Assembly (NCBI GenBank): GCA_051599415.1
Contig: AP039699.1
Location: forward strand, 434,001-498,000
DNA from: Savitreella phatthalungensis
Lineage: Eukaryota
Length of the DNA: 64,000 bases
Direction: 5' to 3'
Position 1 is the stretch's first letter. The number at the start of each line of letters is the position of its first letter. The notes under the pieces are model-generated. The model was not told the DNA's origin. It searched no databases and saw only the letters and a list, made by a program, of their open reading frames with translations. The position numbers and the translations under genes are program-made. Shown one piece after another: positions 32,844-44,036 of this stretch.

Positions 32844-35800
32844 ATGACGCAATCGGAGGCTCGTGCCATTCTCGATGGGCTTCTCAAAGCCAAGACTAGC
32901 GAAGATTGTCTCCAGCAGGCCGATGCGCTCTCTGGTCTTCCAGCCAAGTATGGCCTGCAAATCATCACTACGGAGATCTTGCCTGTACTGGAAAAGGCTG
33001 CAAAAGATAAGAAGAATGGTATCGCACGCGAGTCTGCAATGATCGCTTACAGCCAGCTTTTCCGCCGCTTTCCTCCCTCAACTTCAGTGCTGCTGAAGCC
33101 TGTTCTTCCGCTCGTCCTCGATGCCGCAAGTGACAAGGGTCAGGTCGTGCGGGAAGCATCCGACCTTGCCATCAAAGGTCTGATCCAGGCGTGCGAACCC
33201 TACACGCTCTCATCCCACGTCCTCCCTGTTGTGCTCGACTACCTTGCGGACGGCTCAATCAAATGGCAATCTCGTGTGGCCGCCGTTGGTTTGATCGAGG
33301 TCATCGCCGCCGAGGCACCCGAACGACTCGGTGAGAAATTGGAGGAGGTTGTGCCGGCAGTTGCGGCTTGCATTCACGACACAAAAAAGGAAGTCTCGCA
33401 GAAGGGCTCGACTGCTATGAAGAGCATCACCGATGTTGTTCAAAACCAAGATCTCGACAAGTCCATGCCCCAGATTCTCGACGCCCTTGCAAGCCCTGAT
33501 GGTATCAAGGAGTGTATCCGAGCTCTCTCGCACACAACGTTCGTCGCCGAGGTCGGACCCCCGACTCTAGCGCTGCTCGTGCCCCTTCTCAAGCGTGCAA
33601 TGCTCGATGCCAATTTCGGCGTCCTGACGCAGCGCCAAGCCTCAGTCGTGATAGACAACCTCGTCAAGCTGGTTCCAGATCCGACAACCTGTCTCGACTT
33701 TCTCCGGGACCTCCTTCCCTGCGTCAAGCGTGTCGCAGAGACTGCCTCCATGCCCGAAGTCCGCGCCCTCGCATCCCGCGCCCTGGCCACACTGCAGAGC
33801 GCCGGTGTCGAGGCTCCGCAGACGGTCGATCCCGTCAAGCTGGATGATGTGCGACAATACATTGCTGTCCACACGAAGCCCGAACAAACACCGGAAGAGC
33901 AGCAATTGGTCGTCTTTGTCGCGAAAATGGCGTTCGACATGATCGTTGCCAACGATTACTTCAAAAAGACATGGGAGAAAACCCTTGCGACCTATCTAGC
34001 GCCCGTGCTGCCAGCATCGAGTTCGCCGATTGAGACAGCGAACTCCATCCGTACATTCTACTGGGAAGACTTCAAGGTTCGTACCGGTGTCGACACGCCT
34101 GTGACTGGAGAGCAACCAGTGGTCGAGCTCGACTTCTCTCTAGCATACGGCGGCATGATGCTGCTCAACAAGACAACTCTTCGTCTGTACCGGGGCCACC
34201 GCTACGGAGTGTGCGCACACAACGGAGCTGGAAAATCTACTCTGTTGCGCGCGATCGCCAATGGCAAGGTTGAAGGCTTCCCTTCGTCAGACGAACTCAA
34301 GCCATTCTTTGTCGAACACAAGCTACAAGGCGAGGAAGGCGACATGCCTGTGACGGACTTCGTTCACAAGGACTTCGCAGACCGCAGCCGTTCTGAGGTC
34401 GAATCGGTTCTCGAGGAGGTAGGTTTCGACGCCGTCCGGCGGGAACAGCATGTCGGTGCTCTGTCCGGTGGATGGAAGATGAAGCTCGAGCTGGCAAGAG
34501 CCATGATGTCCAATGTCGATATCCTTTTGCTAGACGAGCCGACAAACCATCTCGATGTGCAGAACGTCGCCTGGCTGCAGGACTATCTTAACAAACAAAG
34601 CAAGATCACGAGCATGATTGTGTCGCACGACAGCGGTTTCCTCGATGCAGTCTGCACCGACATCATTCATTACGAGAAGAAGAAGCTGGCATACTACCCT
34701 GGCAATTTGTCCGCTTTTGTGGCGAAGAAACCGGAGGCAAAATCATACTACACACTCTCCGCCACTAATGCAGCATTTCACTTTCCATCACCAGGTATTC
34801 TGACGGGCATCAATTCGCGGACGAAGGCCATCATGCGTCTGCGCAACTGCACATTCACATACCCGGGCCAGTCGACGCCAAGCTTACACGATGTCTCGGC
34901 AGTCTTTTCCCTCAGCTCTCGTGTTGGCATCATCGGCAAGAATGGTGCTGGAAAATCGACATTCATCAAAGTGCTGACCGGCGAGGCAACCCCACAGCAG
35001 GGAACTGTCGAAAAGCACCCGAACTTGCGTGTTGGATATGTTGCTCAACACTCGCTTCATCACGTCAATCAACACACCCATCTGACTCCTAACCAGTACA
35101 TCCAATGGCGTTACCAATTTGGAGAGGACAAGGAAGTTCTGGAGAAGGAGACTCGCAAGATCTCGTCTTCTGATGTCGATATCGACGTTGAGGTGCCGCA
35201 CCCCAAGACCGGAGAGCTTTTGAAACGGAGAATCGAATTTTTGGTCGGTCGACAGAAGCTCAAAAAGTCGTTCCAATATGAAGTGAAGTGGCAAGGACTC
35301 GATGCGCGCTGGAACACATTCATTCCACGGGAGCGTCTCGTTGAGCTTGGCTTTTCGAAATTGGTGCAGCGATTCGACGATTGGGAGGCAGGACGCGAAG
35401 GACTTGGCTCGCGCGACCTTAACCCGGTCGAGATTCGCAAGCATCTCGAGAGCGTTGGGCTAGACGGCGACATTGCCGACAACAACGAGATTGGCGGTCT
35501 GTCGGGCGGACAGAAGGTCAAGGTCGTCATCGCAGGTGCCATGTGGGCAAAGCCGCATATCCTCGTCCTCGACGAGCCGACGAACTATCTGGATCGTGAT
35601 TCCCTCGGCGGCTTGGCCGTCGCCATTCGCGATTGGTCTGGCGCTGTGGTGATGATCTCGCACAACGATGAGTTCGTCTCTGCTCTGTGTCCAGAACGCT
35701 GGACGATCGAAGCTGGTCGTGTGACAGCGAAGGACAAACTGTCCGTCGACAGTGGCAAATTCGAGGATGCTTCCGCTACAACTGTCGCTGACTCTGTCGT

Positions 35801-36056
35801 GGCCTCAATCGCCGGGACTCCACTTGCATCTGCCGGCGTCTCTCGTGCAGGCTCTGGCACATCTACACCTGTCAATGTGGTCGAGGACAACGGCGGTCAG
35901 ATTGGTGGTGCAAAGGCGCTCGCCAAGATGGGCAAGAAGAAGCGATTGACGCGTAACGAGAAGAAGGAGCAAGAAGCACGTCGGCGTCTCCGCCACATTG
36001 AGTGGTTGTCTGCTCCCCAAGGCACTCCATATCCACCCAACTCTGATTCAGATTGA
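32844..36056 (+). CDS. NEW1: eEF3-like ABCF ATPase New1/Elf1
   Basis: HEAT-repeat N-terminus; two ABC cassettes (AHNGAGKSTL, LSGGWKMKLEL, LLDEPTNHLD; GKNGAGKST, LSGGQKVKVV); chromodomain YEVKW; New1/Elf1-type tail RRRLRHIEWLS.P.GTP. Confidence 0.93.
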   Translation: MTQSEARAILDGLLKAKTSEDCLQQADALSGLPAKYGLQIITTEILPVLEKAAKDKKNGIARESAMIAYSQLFRRFPPSTSVLLKPVLPLVLDAASDKGQVVREASDLAIKGLIQACEPYTLSSHVLPVVLDYLADGSIKWQSRVAAVGLIEVIAAEAPERLGEKLEEVVPAVAACIHDTKKEVSQKGSTAMKSITDVVQNQDLDKSMPQILDALASPDGIKECIRALSHTTFVAEVGPPTLALLVPLLKRAMLDANFGVLTQRQASVVIDNLVKLVPDPTTCLDFLRDLLPCVKRVAETASMPEVRALASRALATLQSAGVEAPQTVDPVKLDDVRQYIAVHTKPEQTPEEQQLVVFVAKMAFDMIVANDYFKKTWEKTLATYLAPVLPASSSPIETANSIRTFYWEDFKVRTGVDTPVTGEQPVVELDFSLAYGGMMLLNKTTLRLYRGHRYGVCAHNGAGKSTLLRAIANGKVEGFPSSDELKPFFVEHKLQGEEGDMPVTDFVHKDFADRSRSEVESVLEEVGFDAVRREQHVGALSGGWKMKLELARAMMSNVDILLLDEPTNHLDVQNVAWLQDYLNKQSKITSMIVSHDSGFLDAVCTDIIHYEKKKLAYYPGNLSAFVAKKPEAKSYYTLSATNAAFHFPSPGILTGINSRTKAIMRLRNCTFTYPGQSTPSLHDVSAVFSLSSRVGIIGKNGAGKSTFIKVLTGEATPQQGTVEKHPNLRVGYVAQHSLHHVNQHTHLTPNQYIQWRYQFGEDKEVLEKETRKISSSDVDIDVEVPHPKTGELLKRRIEFLVGRQKLKKSFQYEVKWQGLDARWNTFIPRERLVELGFSKLVQRFDDWEAGREGLGSRDLNPVEIRKHLESVGLDGDIADNNEIGGLSGGQKVKVVIAGAMWAKPHILVLDEPTNYLDRDSLGGLAVAIRDWSGAVVMISHNDEFVSALCPERWTIEAGRVTAKDKLSVDSGKFEDASATTVADSVVASIAGTPLASAGVSRAGSGTSTPVNVVEDNGGQIGGAKALAKMGKKKRLTRNEKKEQEARRRLRHIEWLSAPQGTPYPPNSDSD

Positions 36057-36187
36057 TGAATATGACTCAACGTCTCAGACCTCGTACCCCACCTGTATGT
36101 AAAATTTTCATAGACTTCCTGATAGATGTTTCGATAGAGAAGTATGGATCTGTATTCATTCGTGTTGGCAATCATGAGTACATACAT

Positions 36188-36958
36188 TTATGAAGTAGCC
36201 GGGTCGAGGAAGGATTTGAAGGCCGAGTTGAAGGTCTCTTTAGCGTTCGTCTCAATAACCTCGCCGTGGCAGGGAACAATGCGATCAAATTGCCAACGTG
36301 CAATCTCCTGGATCTCCCGCTTGAATGCGGGCTTATCCTTTGCAGCCATGTTCGCGTTGAACCAGCGGTGCGAGCCAGAGTCGGCCTTGAGATGCCTGAA
36401 TGGGGACAGCCAGCCAAGTATACCTGCAGACGACGAAACACCTTCGTATTGCTCGGTCGCAGGCAAATTGAAGAGCAGATCAGCCTCGATCAAAGTCCGT
36501 GATGCCTTGTGCAGGAGGACAAGCTCGTGATTGAGGTGGCCGGAGACGTAAGCAACGTCAAATTCGTCGGCGAATCCAGGTTCAACATTGTCATACTTGG
36601 CCTCTCCGTACACCTTGTGCCATGTGACGCCTGGAAGCTTCTCTGGCAGCTCCTTGACGCCGATCAGCTTCGCCTCCGGGAAGCGCTGAGAGTAGTCACG
36701 AAGCTGGAGGTAGTGCTCACGGTCTGGAGCGACGAGATACGACACACGAGTCGGCTTTGAACCTGACAGTTTCTCTAGTGCTGATTCAACTTCTTCCGAC
36801 CATGCCACCGGCGAAAAGATCAGCAGTGAATTATCACGAAGCTTGACAGCGGTCGCGCGAGCACCGATCTTGAAGAGACCGAAGCGTGAGAACGGTCCAC
36901 TGAAGATAGTGACATCAGGCGTCAGAGACCTTGTGACGAACCCATTGGTAGCTGGCAT
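36188..36958 (-). CDS. DUF4336-family protein (metallo-beta-lactamase-like fold)
   Basis: PFSRFGLFKIGAR.TAVKL, LVAPDREHYL, ELVLLHKASRTLIEADLLFN, WQFDRIVPCHGEVIE. Confidence 0.88.
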   Translation of the reverse strand: MPATNGFVTRSLTPDVTIFSGPFSRFGLFKIGARATAVKLRDNSLLIFSPVAWSEEVESALEKLSGSKPTRVSYLVAPDREHYLQLRDYSQRFPEAKLIGVKELPEKLPGVTWHKVYGEAKYDNVEPGFADEFDVAYVSGHLNHELVLLHKASRTLIEADLLFNLPATEQYEGVSSSAGILGWLSPFRHLKADSGSHRWFNANMAAKDKPAFKREIQEIARWQFDRIVPCHGEVIETNAKETFNSAFKSFLDPATS

Positions 36959-37836
36959 CGGGATGGAGGTTTATGAGCGACACGTGAAATCAGTCCAGAT
37001 CAGGCTTGGTGCCACCAGATACCGTTGTGGTTCTACACCAAGGTAGTTTTAGACGAGACATAACATCCTGTTGTTACCTCATCCTCTTGATACTAAGACA
37101 ATTCGCCGATATCCAGCAGAAGATTATACCAAGGACGCACGCTATAATGATATTTCTTAATCGGCAACACAAATAGCGCAATGCAGTTAGACGGAAAAAT
37201 AGTATGACGTACGCGCGGGTATGATAATTGAGATTTGAATATACACTGTAGATGATAGTCGTTGCCTCGGCATGTGATACATAAAATGATTGCATGCATG
37301 GGTAACCCTATGAAACCTTGAAATCGGGATTTTACTATGGAGGAGGTTGAATCCCTCACAGCAACGTCGAAATCAGATCGGGATTTTGTCGAATTTCACA
37401 TCGGGAAATTTTTAATGAATTGTTTTAGTAAGTTGGGAATCGGGAATTAGAATCCTTAGATCGGGATTTTCTGCCGGGATTTTGCTGTCTCGAAACAGGA
37501 TTCGGGATTCCATCTGTGCAAATGCCAAGTTTGAACAAATTTTGCTAAGTCCAAAACTTTTGAATGAATTTTGCTAAGTTGAAACACGAAGATCTCCACT
37601 ACAGACAGACAGAGAAAGTGCAGTAGCCCCCCCCACACACATTCTACCTGAAACGCGTCATCAGAACACCAACACACTGTACACCAGGCATTGTCAATAT
37701 CTTTGTTATTCTACAGTAGGTCTCAATTGAGGACTGCTGTTGTATATCAAAGAGGCTGTCTCTACCTGTGACCATCTGGTACTCACTGGAATACTGGTCT
37801 GCACTCTCCCTTAGTCAATCAAGAGACTGACACTGA

Positions 37837-37923
37837 CAGCAGCAACAGCAGCAACAGCAGCAACAGCAGCAACAGCAGCAACAGCAGCAACAGCAGCAAC
37901 AGCAGCAACAGCAGCAACAGCAA
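37837..37923. repeat. (CAGCAGCAA)9 + CAGCAA perfect repeat
   Basis: Read directly from the sequence. Confidence 0.97.
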
Positions 37924-38100
37924 ATCCAATGTAAGACAAAGCTCTTTTCACAGACCAGGATTGACAAAGAAAGTAGAATCTACACACACCACTACAGCAG
38001 GACCTCACCCACATCATTGCGGGTATGATACACTTTTCACCTCGAAAGAGCAGCCATACTAACCACAGCAGACTTTGTATCAAACAAGCAGACAGACAGT

Positions 38101-38176
<76 letters not shown>
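38101..38176. repeat. (CAGG)19 tetranucleotide microsatellite flanked by CAGA units
   Basis: Read directly from the sequence. Confidence 0.97.
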
Positions 38177-38179
<3 letters not shown>

Positions 38180-38751
38180 ACAAAAGGCCAAGGACCACAT
38201 CAACAACATCGACATCCTTGTCATGTCAACTCGGCTGTTTCAAGTATAGGCAGCACTGTCCAATAGCATTCTAGAATCAATTATTTCAATCTGAAACAGG
38301 TATCCCACGTTTTAAAAGCCGAACCCCGGTCACTAGCCACAATAAAACCCGTGTCCCGATTCCCGCCCAAAAGTGGTTACAAATTTCAGGGTTTCGGGAA
38401 AATCGTGTGGCCCGGCTCAGCTCCGGCCAGAATCTGCTGGATTCCCGGAGCAAGAGTTCAAAATCCCGAAATTTCGGGCTTATAGGGAATCGATTGATTG
38501 ATTGATCGATGGCTAAGTTTGAAAACTCGAGTAAATTTCAAATTCTGGAAGATTCAAGATTTCAAATAAGAATTTAAACAGTTTCAGATTTCAGCTTCTT
38601 CTACCACGTCTGTCGAAGCTCATCGAGTGGTCGTCAATCTCGACCTCGAAATCCCTTGCGAGCAAGTGAATAGGATGATGATTACAGAGCGTCAGCAGAG
38701 CAAATGGTCGGTCGACGTTCGAAGCAAGACGGTAGAGCCCATAGCAATATA

Positions 38752-40137
38752 TTATGTTTGCACATAGTTTGCCGGGAAAATCCCGCGCCGGCCGTTGAGC
38801 TCGCCGGTCCACCAATCATCCGTTGTGTTTGAACGTTCCACGATCGTGATAATGTCGCCCTTGACAAAACCCAAATCTCCCGGCTGATCTGCGTCGAATG
38901 TGAACAGTGCCCTTGCTTTGTTCGGTCCAAGGCCGCCTGTTGCAGCAGGCGCAAGCTTCGTCGCTCTCGCACTTGGCTTGCGTACAAAGCCATCATCGTC
39001 CAAATCATCATCAGAGGGGGGACTTTGCTGCTGTTGGGATGATGGGGCCTTGGAAGCACTGAATACATTAGTGGATGGCGGACTTTCGGGAGCATTGTAG
39101 CGTGCTGCTGACCCAGAGCGCGATCGCGACGACGGTGAATCGAATTTGGGCTTTTCCGATGTCGGCCTCGGGGGAGCATTGTCGGTATATGTGGACCTGA
39201 ACCCAGTGACCTGTGACTTCAGCAAGCCAGCGCCGCTAGCGGACTTGCCACCGCCATTTGAGAGGCTTTGCGATCGGAACTTGCGATCCATCTCATCGTA
39301 ATCATCCTCATAGTCATCCTCGTAGCCGCGGACTCTTCTACTTTCGCGCGAATTTGAAACGGAGCTTGCGCGCGATCGTCCTTCCCCGTATGCGGATCCG
39401 TCACGACCAGCCCAGACCTCACTATCAGCGTCTCCGTAAACTGGAATATCATTGTACATGTCGTCACCGCCCATATCACGAGTTCCGCGGAAAACGCGTG
39501 ACTCAAGCACACGGTGCAGAGGTTCGACACCGGGTGGCGGCGGAACGGAGCCATTGAGGATGTGCTTTGCATTCACGGACTGTCGATAGAACTTTTTGTT
39601 GGCATCCCTGCGCTCAATCAGAACAGATCCTTCCAGGGAGACGCCGGCAAAGAGGCCCTTGGTCTTCGAATATGAAAAGATTGCCGAGACTGCGCGGTGG
39701 CTTGCCGAGGCGCTCGCTTCTGCATTACGCCCAATCGGTCCGGCTGCCACAGAAACGTTGCCTCCGAGAGTGATAGATCCGAGGGACGCAAAAGCCTTGA
39801 CCGCGTCTTTCGAGTTCAGAATCATAACGAAGTCCGTCAATTCGAGGCCGATCTGACCTCCTACGCCGGCACCTGCGAGACCGATACAGGAGGGAGCAGA
39901 CCAGGTTCCATCTGGAAGTCTGGCGATGAGGAGTCCTGAGCCGATGCGCCCGGAGAAAAGGAAGCCACCCTTTAGCACCGTGATAATTGCTAGTCCTTTC
40001 GCGTTGGCGAGAATCTCTGGCGGGATGATCTTATCAGGACCGAAAGCCTGTTTAGGATCGACAAAAGAAGCCAGAATCCGAGCGGCCTTCTTGCACTCGG
40101 ACTTGAGAGAAGCAGGAAGCGGATTGTTCAAACCCAT
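38752..40137 (-). CDS. LSB3: SYLF/YAB + SH3 actin-patch protein (Ysc84/Lsb3/Lsb4)
   Basis: MGLNNPLPASLKSECKKAARIL.SF; AKGLAI..VLKGGFLFSGR; KTKGLFAGVSLEGS; C-terminal SH3 ALFTFDADQPGDLGF..DWWTG..GIFPANYV. Confidence 0.96.
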   Translation of the reverse strand: MGLNNPLPASLKSECKKAARILASFVDPKQAFGPDKIIPPEILANAKGLAIITVLKGGFLFSGRIGSGLLIARLPDGTWSAPSCIGLAGAGVGGQIGLELTDFVMILNSKDAVKAFASLGSITLGGNVSVAAGPIGRNAEASASASHRAVSAIFSYSKTKGLFAGVSLEGSVLIERRDANKKFYRQSVNAKHILNGSVPPPPGVEPLHRVLESRVFRGTRDMGGDDMYNDIPVYGDADSEVWAGRDGSAYGEGRSRASSVSNSRESRRVRGYEDDYEDDYDEMDRKFRSQSLSNGGGKSASGAGLLKSQVTGFRSTYTDNAPPRPTSEKPKFDSPSSRSRSGSAARYNAPESPPSTNVFSASKAPSSQQQQSPPSDDDLDDDGFVRKPSARATKLAPAATGGLGPNKARALFTFDADQPGDLGFVKGDIITIVERSNTTDDWWTGELNGRRGIFPANYVQT

Positions 40138-41268
40138 ACTGCTCTATGTGCAAAGCAGCTGCGTATAGACGGTATTGACGTCGTTCTAGGCCTGTCGCAA
40201 GTCTTTCAGCTGCTGCAATACTCTTGTCCTGCGGTCAAATTGCCAGAGCCTTTTCCACTATTCTTGCTTGTGCTGTTGCGGTCTTGAAGGTGCCGACGAT
40301 TGTGGAGTGCACGATACTGCGCTCTTCAGTCGGTGACGCAACATTCGAATGGCAGCCAGATCACGCACGTGCACATATCTCCGCATCGCTAGAAGATGTC
40401 AAGGCAATTAATCGCTTCAATATTTAGAATGATGATAAATTTAAAGCTGGTTATACGTAATTAAATGTAAATTAAGTTTAAATAGCAGCTATTTGGCGGC
40501 AAGAGAGAGACACTCTCCGTACAGCATGTTTGTCAGCTCGCACAGGAAAGCAGGTCCGCACCCCAGCGACAGAGCTTATAAATTCTCCCTGCCATACGCT
40601 GCTCAGAGTCCGTGGAGTAGGAGGTTGATGGAGTATCTGTAAGAAGAGTCAGAGGCAATGTTGACGGGATTTAGGACTCTAAGAAAGTCTGAGAGCGTCA
40701 ACAGTGACAACCGTGCATTCTTCGATGTCCGTGTTTACTGGCCAACCACGGGTTCCTCGTCAAGGGCGAACTACGAATGGTCCTATCAGAGATTGATCTT
40801 GACAAGCTCGATCGGACGTTTGATCGGGTATTCGGGTATTTGGTTCAAGCATATAGCTATACATGCTTCCAGTCACTAGCTGGCTATGGGAAACCCAGAT
40901 CGTATAAAGCACGTATGCGCAAGATCTGTGCACTGTAATTTCGAATTCTAAATTTAGACTGCGTACACATGTAAGTCAAATTACATGCAGTCCATCCTCC
41001 ACCGACGGTACGTCCGACCACGAATTGCCCGTTCTGGATCTTCCACAGAAATTATATACTGCATATATGTGATATGTTTATGATACAGGCACCGTGCGTG
41101 TTCATCTTGTTCAAGTTCAAGCCACAAGCTACGAGCAGCCGTGCTTCACGGCGCCAGCGACTCTAGTGTAACAATACTATACTGTGGAAACTGGTCATCA
41201 ACGGTACTGCTCACAGATTCTGGCGATTGTATTTTCTCCACATTATCAGCAAGGTGAAACCGCGCTTG

Positions 41269-44016
41269 ATGAGCCGGAATAAGCGGGCATCAAGCCCCGC
41301 GGCATCCGAACCAGATCTCGACTTTGCCGACACCCTTCTTGCGGGAAATTCCGCCGATGACAGCCTGGACGGTGGCTTCTTCAGCAATCTTGCCCCTGCC
41401 ACAAAAGAATCTGGTCGCCGGAAGACCTCGAACGCGGCCTCGCTGTCGGACGCTGAATTTATTGAGGCCGCACAGGCGGCATCAAATCGCAAAGCCTCCA
41501 GCAAAAATGGTCAACGAGCTGGTGTAAAGTCGTCAGGATCCGGGTTCCAGGCTATGGGGCTTCTTCCCTCGCTGACAAAAGCAATCACGCACAAGGGCTT
41601 CAAAGTGCCGACGCCAATTCAACGCAAGACTATGCCTCTCATCCTTGATGGTCGTGACGTTGTTGGCATGGCAAGAACAGGATCCGGAAAGACTGCTGCA
41701 TTCGTGATTCCCCTCATCCAACGTCTCAAGACCCACACAGCGAGACAGGGCGTACGCGGCGTCATTATGTCTCCGTCACGTGAGCTAGCTCTGCAGACGC
41801 TGAAGGTGGTTAAAGAGTTGTCAAAGGGCACAGATCTTCGGTCCGTCTTGTTAGTCGGCGGTGACTCTTTGGAAGAGCATTTCGCTTCGATGTCTGGAAA
41901 TCCTGATATCGTTGTCGCTACACCGGGCAGATTCCTTCACATCAAGGTTGAAATGGGGCTCAATCTTTCGACGGTCGAGTACATTGTCTTTGACGAGGCG
42001 GATCGCTTGTTCGAGATGGGATTTGCTGCCCAGCTTACGGAGATCCTGCATGCCTTACCGCCTACCAGGCAGTCATTGCTCTTCTCCGCAACGCTCCCTG
42101 TTTCGCTCGTCGAGTTCGCCAAGGCCGGACTACAAGAGCCAGTGCTTGTCCGTTTAGATGCCGATAGCAAGATCTCGCCGGAGCTCGAATCTGCTTTTAT
42201 CTCTGTACAAACCACTGACAAGGAAGGCGTGCTGCTCTATCTTTTGTCCGATGTCATCAGATTGGCATCAGCTCAGCAGATGGCAAACTCCAGCCCGGAC
42301 AATCGTACGGTAGGCTCGACTGGTAAAAACTGGCAACACCGGCAGGAGCGCGTTGCTGAGAATGCCACCATCATCTTTGCATGTACGAAGCATCATGTCG
42401 AATACCTCGCAACTCTACTGCGCCAAGCCGGATATTTGGTCTCGTACGTCTATGGTGCTCTGGATCAGACCGCTCGGCGTCTGCAGGTTGATGCATTTAA
42501 ATCCGGTCGCACCAATATCCTAGTCGTGACCGATGTTGCTGCCCGAGGCGTCGATATACCTATTCTCGCAAACGTCATCAACTACGACTTTCCGGCTCAA
42601 CCAAAGGTCTTCGTGCATCGCGTCGGCAGAACGGCACGAGCTGGCAAACGTGGATGGTCGTATTCATTGGTCAGAGCAGAAGATGCTCCGTACTTGCTCG
42701 ATCTTCAGCTATTCCTCGCTCGGCGGCTTGTCACGGCAAATTTGGACCTCAAAGGAGAGCAGGTCGACTACACGAAGGACATCGTTTTAGGTGCATTGCC
42801 GCGGGATGGCTTTGATCGAAGTGGCGAATGGGTCACGAAACTGATGTCTGACAGCACGGATCTAGCATCACAAAAGCGTGTTGCACTCAAGGGTGAAAAA
42901 CTCTATCTCCGGACCCGTCCGGCCGCATCCGCTGACAGCGTCAGGCGAGCCAAGGATCTTGTCCGTTCATCTGAATGGGTCGAAGTGACGCCACTGCTGG
43001 CGAACACTGTGGCAGAGGCAGACAATGCTCGTCTCGATATGCTTAAGCGCGTCGGATCGTTTCGACCAAATGAGACCGTCTTTGAAATCGGCAGTCGTGG
43101 AGCGAATCCTGCAGCTTCTGTCATGCGCACCCGGCGCCACAAGCTTGTCATCGATCCTGCCAAGTCTCGACCTAGCTTGCCAGATGTCAGTCAGCCAGAG
43201 CCGACGGCGTCATCGCAAACTGCAGAGACCGCTCCTGACTATCTCATCGATGAGACCTTCGCACACGGATCCAAGAAGCGGAAGCGTGGTGGCATGGCGG
43301 ATTTCAGAGACACATCGTATATGTCTCACTACGACCCAACGGCAGATGCAGCTGACCATGCGTATGATATCTCGCGTGGTGACTCTGCTACAAGACACTC
43401 CTTTGCCGCTCAAGCGCGCACAGCGCAGCTCGACCTTGCGACAGACGAGGGCAAGGATGCCCGGGCCAATCAAGCCGGCGCCGGCACGGGAGGCAAGCGA
43501 TGGGATCCCAGAAAGAAGAAGTTCGTGAACACTGCAAATGATTACGACGGTAGTAAAGCGCTACCAGACGTCTCAATGGCAGCCGGAAAGAACGGGAGCA
43601 CACGAGGTAAGCGTTTCGTAACAGGCGAGTCGGGCGTCAAAATTCCTGCATCTTACAAGGCTGGACGATACGACGCATGGAAGAGGAGTGCCAAAGCGAC
43701 GCGTCAGCAATTGGGATCCGGTACCAATGTCGACAAGGTAGATGCACGCAACAGCAAGCGTGCAAAGTTTTCTCACAAGCAAGACAAGATGCCACGCCTG
43801 CCGGATCGTTTCCGGGATGACTTCGAGAAGCAAAAGGCGAAGTACGACAAGGCGAGTGAGCGCCGGCAAGGAGTTACTCAGAGTGCCGCTACTCAGCGAT
43901 CAAAGAACGTCAGATCAGAACTTAAGACGGCTGCCGACATTCGCAAGGACAGAATCCTCAAACAAAAGCGTCGCGATAAGAATGCTCGGCCGGCGCAGAA
44001 ACCCAGACGACGGTAG
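41269..44016 (+). CDS. DBP10: DEAD-box RNA helicase Dbp10 (DDX54)
   Basis: GFKVPTPIQRKT, ARTGSGKTAAF, DEADRLFEMGF, SAT, HRVGRTARAG; DBP10CT motifs RWDPRKKKFV and GESGVKIPASYKAGRYDAW. Confidence 0.97.
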   Translation: MSRNKRASSPAASEPDLDFADTLLAGNSADDSLDGGFFSNLAPATKESGRRKTSNAASLSDAEFIEAAQAASNRKASSKNGQRAGVKSSGSGFQAMGLLPSLTKAITHKGFKVPTPIQRKTMPLILDGRDVVGMARTGSGKTAAFVIPLIQRLKTHTARQGVRGVIMSPSRELALQTLKVVKELSKGTDLRSVLLVGGDSLEEHFASMSGNPDIVVATPGRFLHIKVEMGLNLSTVEYIVFDEADRLFEMGFAAQLTEILHALPPTRQSLLFSATLPVSLVEFAKAGLQEPVLVRLDADSKISPELESAFISVQTTDKEGVLLYLLSDVIRLASAQQMANSSPDNRTVGSTGKNWQHRQERVAENATIIFACTKHHVEYLATLLRQAGYLVSYVYGALDQTARRLQVDAFKSGRTNILVVTDVAARGVDIPILANVINYDFPAQPKVFVHRVGRTARAGKRGWSYSLVRAEDAPYLLDLQLFLARRLVTANLDLKGEQVDYTKDIVLGALPRDGFDRSGEWVTKLMSDSTDLASQKRVALKGEKLYLRTRPAASADSVRRAKDLVRSSEWVEVTPLLANTVAEADNARLDMLKRVGSFRPNETVFEIGSRGANPAASVMRTRRHKLVIDPAKSRPSLPDVSQPEPTASSQTAETAPDYLIDETFAHGSKKRKRGGMADFRDTSYMSHYDPTADAADHAYDISRGDSATRHSFAAQARTAQLDLATDEGKDARANQAGAGTGGKRWDPRKKKFVNTANDYDGSKALPDVSMAAGKNGSTRGKRFVTGESGVKIPASYKAGRYDAWKRSAKATRQQLGSGTNVDKVDARNSKRAKFSHKQDKMPRLPDRFRDDFEKQKAKYDKASERRQGVTQSAATQRSKNVRSELKTAADIRKDRILKQKRRDKNARPAQKPRRR

Positions 44017-44036
44017 GATGTCAATACGAGTAAGCC

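Larger units (their letters stand above)
37306..38487. mobile_element. Putative non-autonomous DNA transposon (imperfect TIRs, subterminal TCGGGA repeats)
   Basis: Left end CCCTATgaaaccttgaaaTCGGGATTTT vs reverse complement of right end CCCTATaagcccgaaattTCGGGATTTT; clustered TCGGGA/TCCCGA motifs near both ends; AA on both flanks; no transposase ORF. Confidence 0.5.

Noticed and set aside
37811..38266. ORFs with CLPA, VAA and RQAG repeats
   Set aside because: Translations of the two microsatellites; no evidence of coding.
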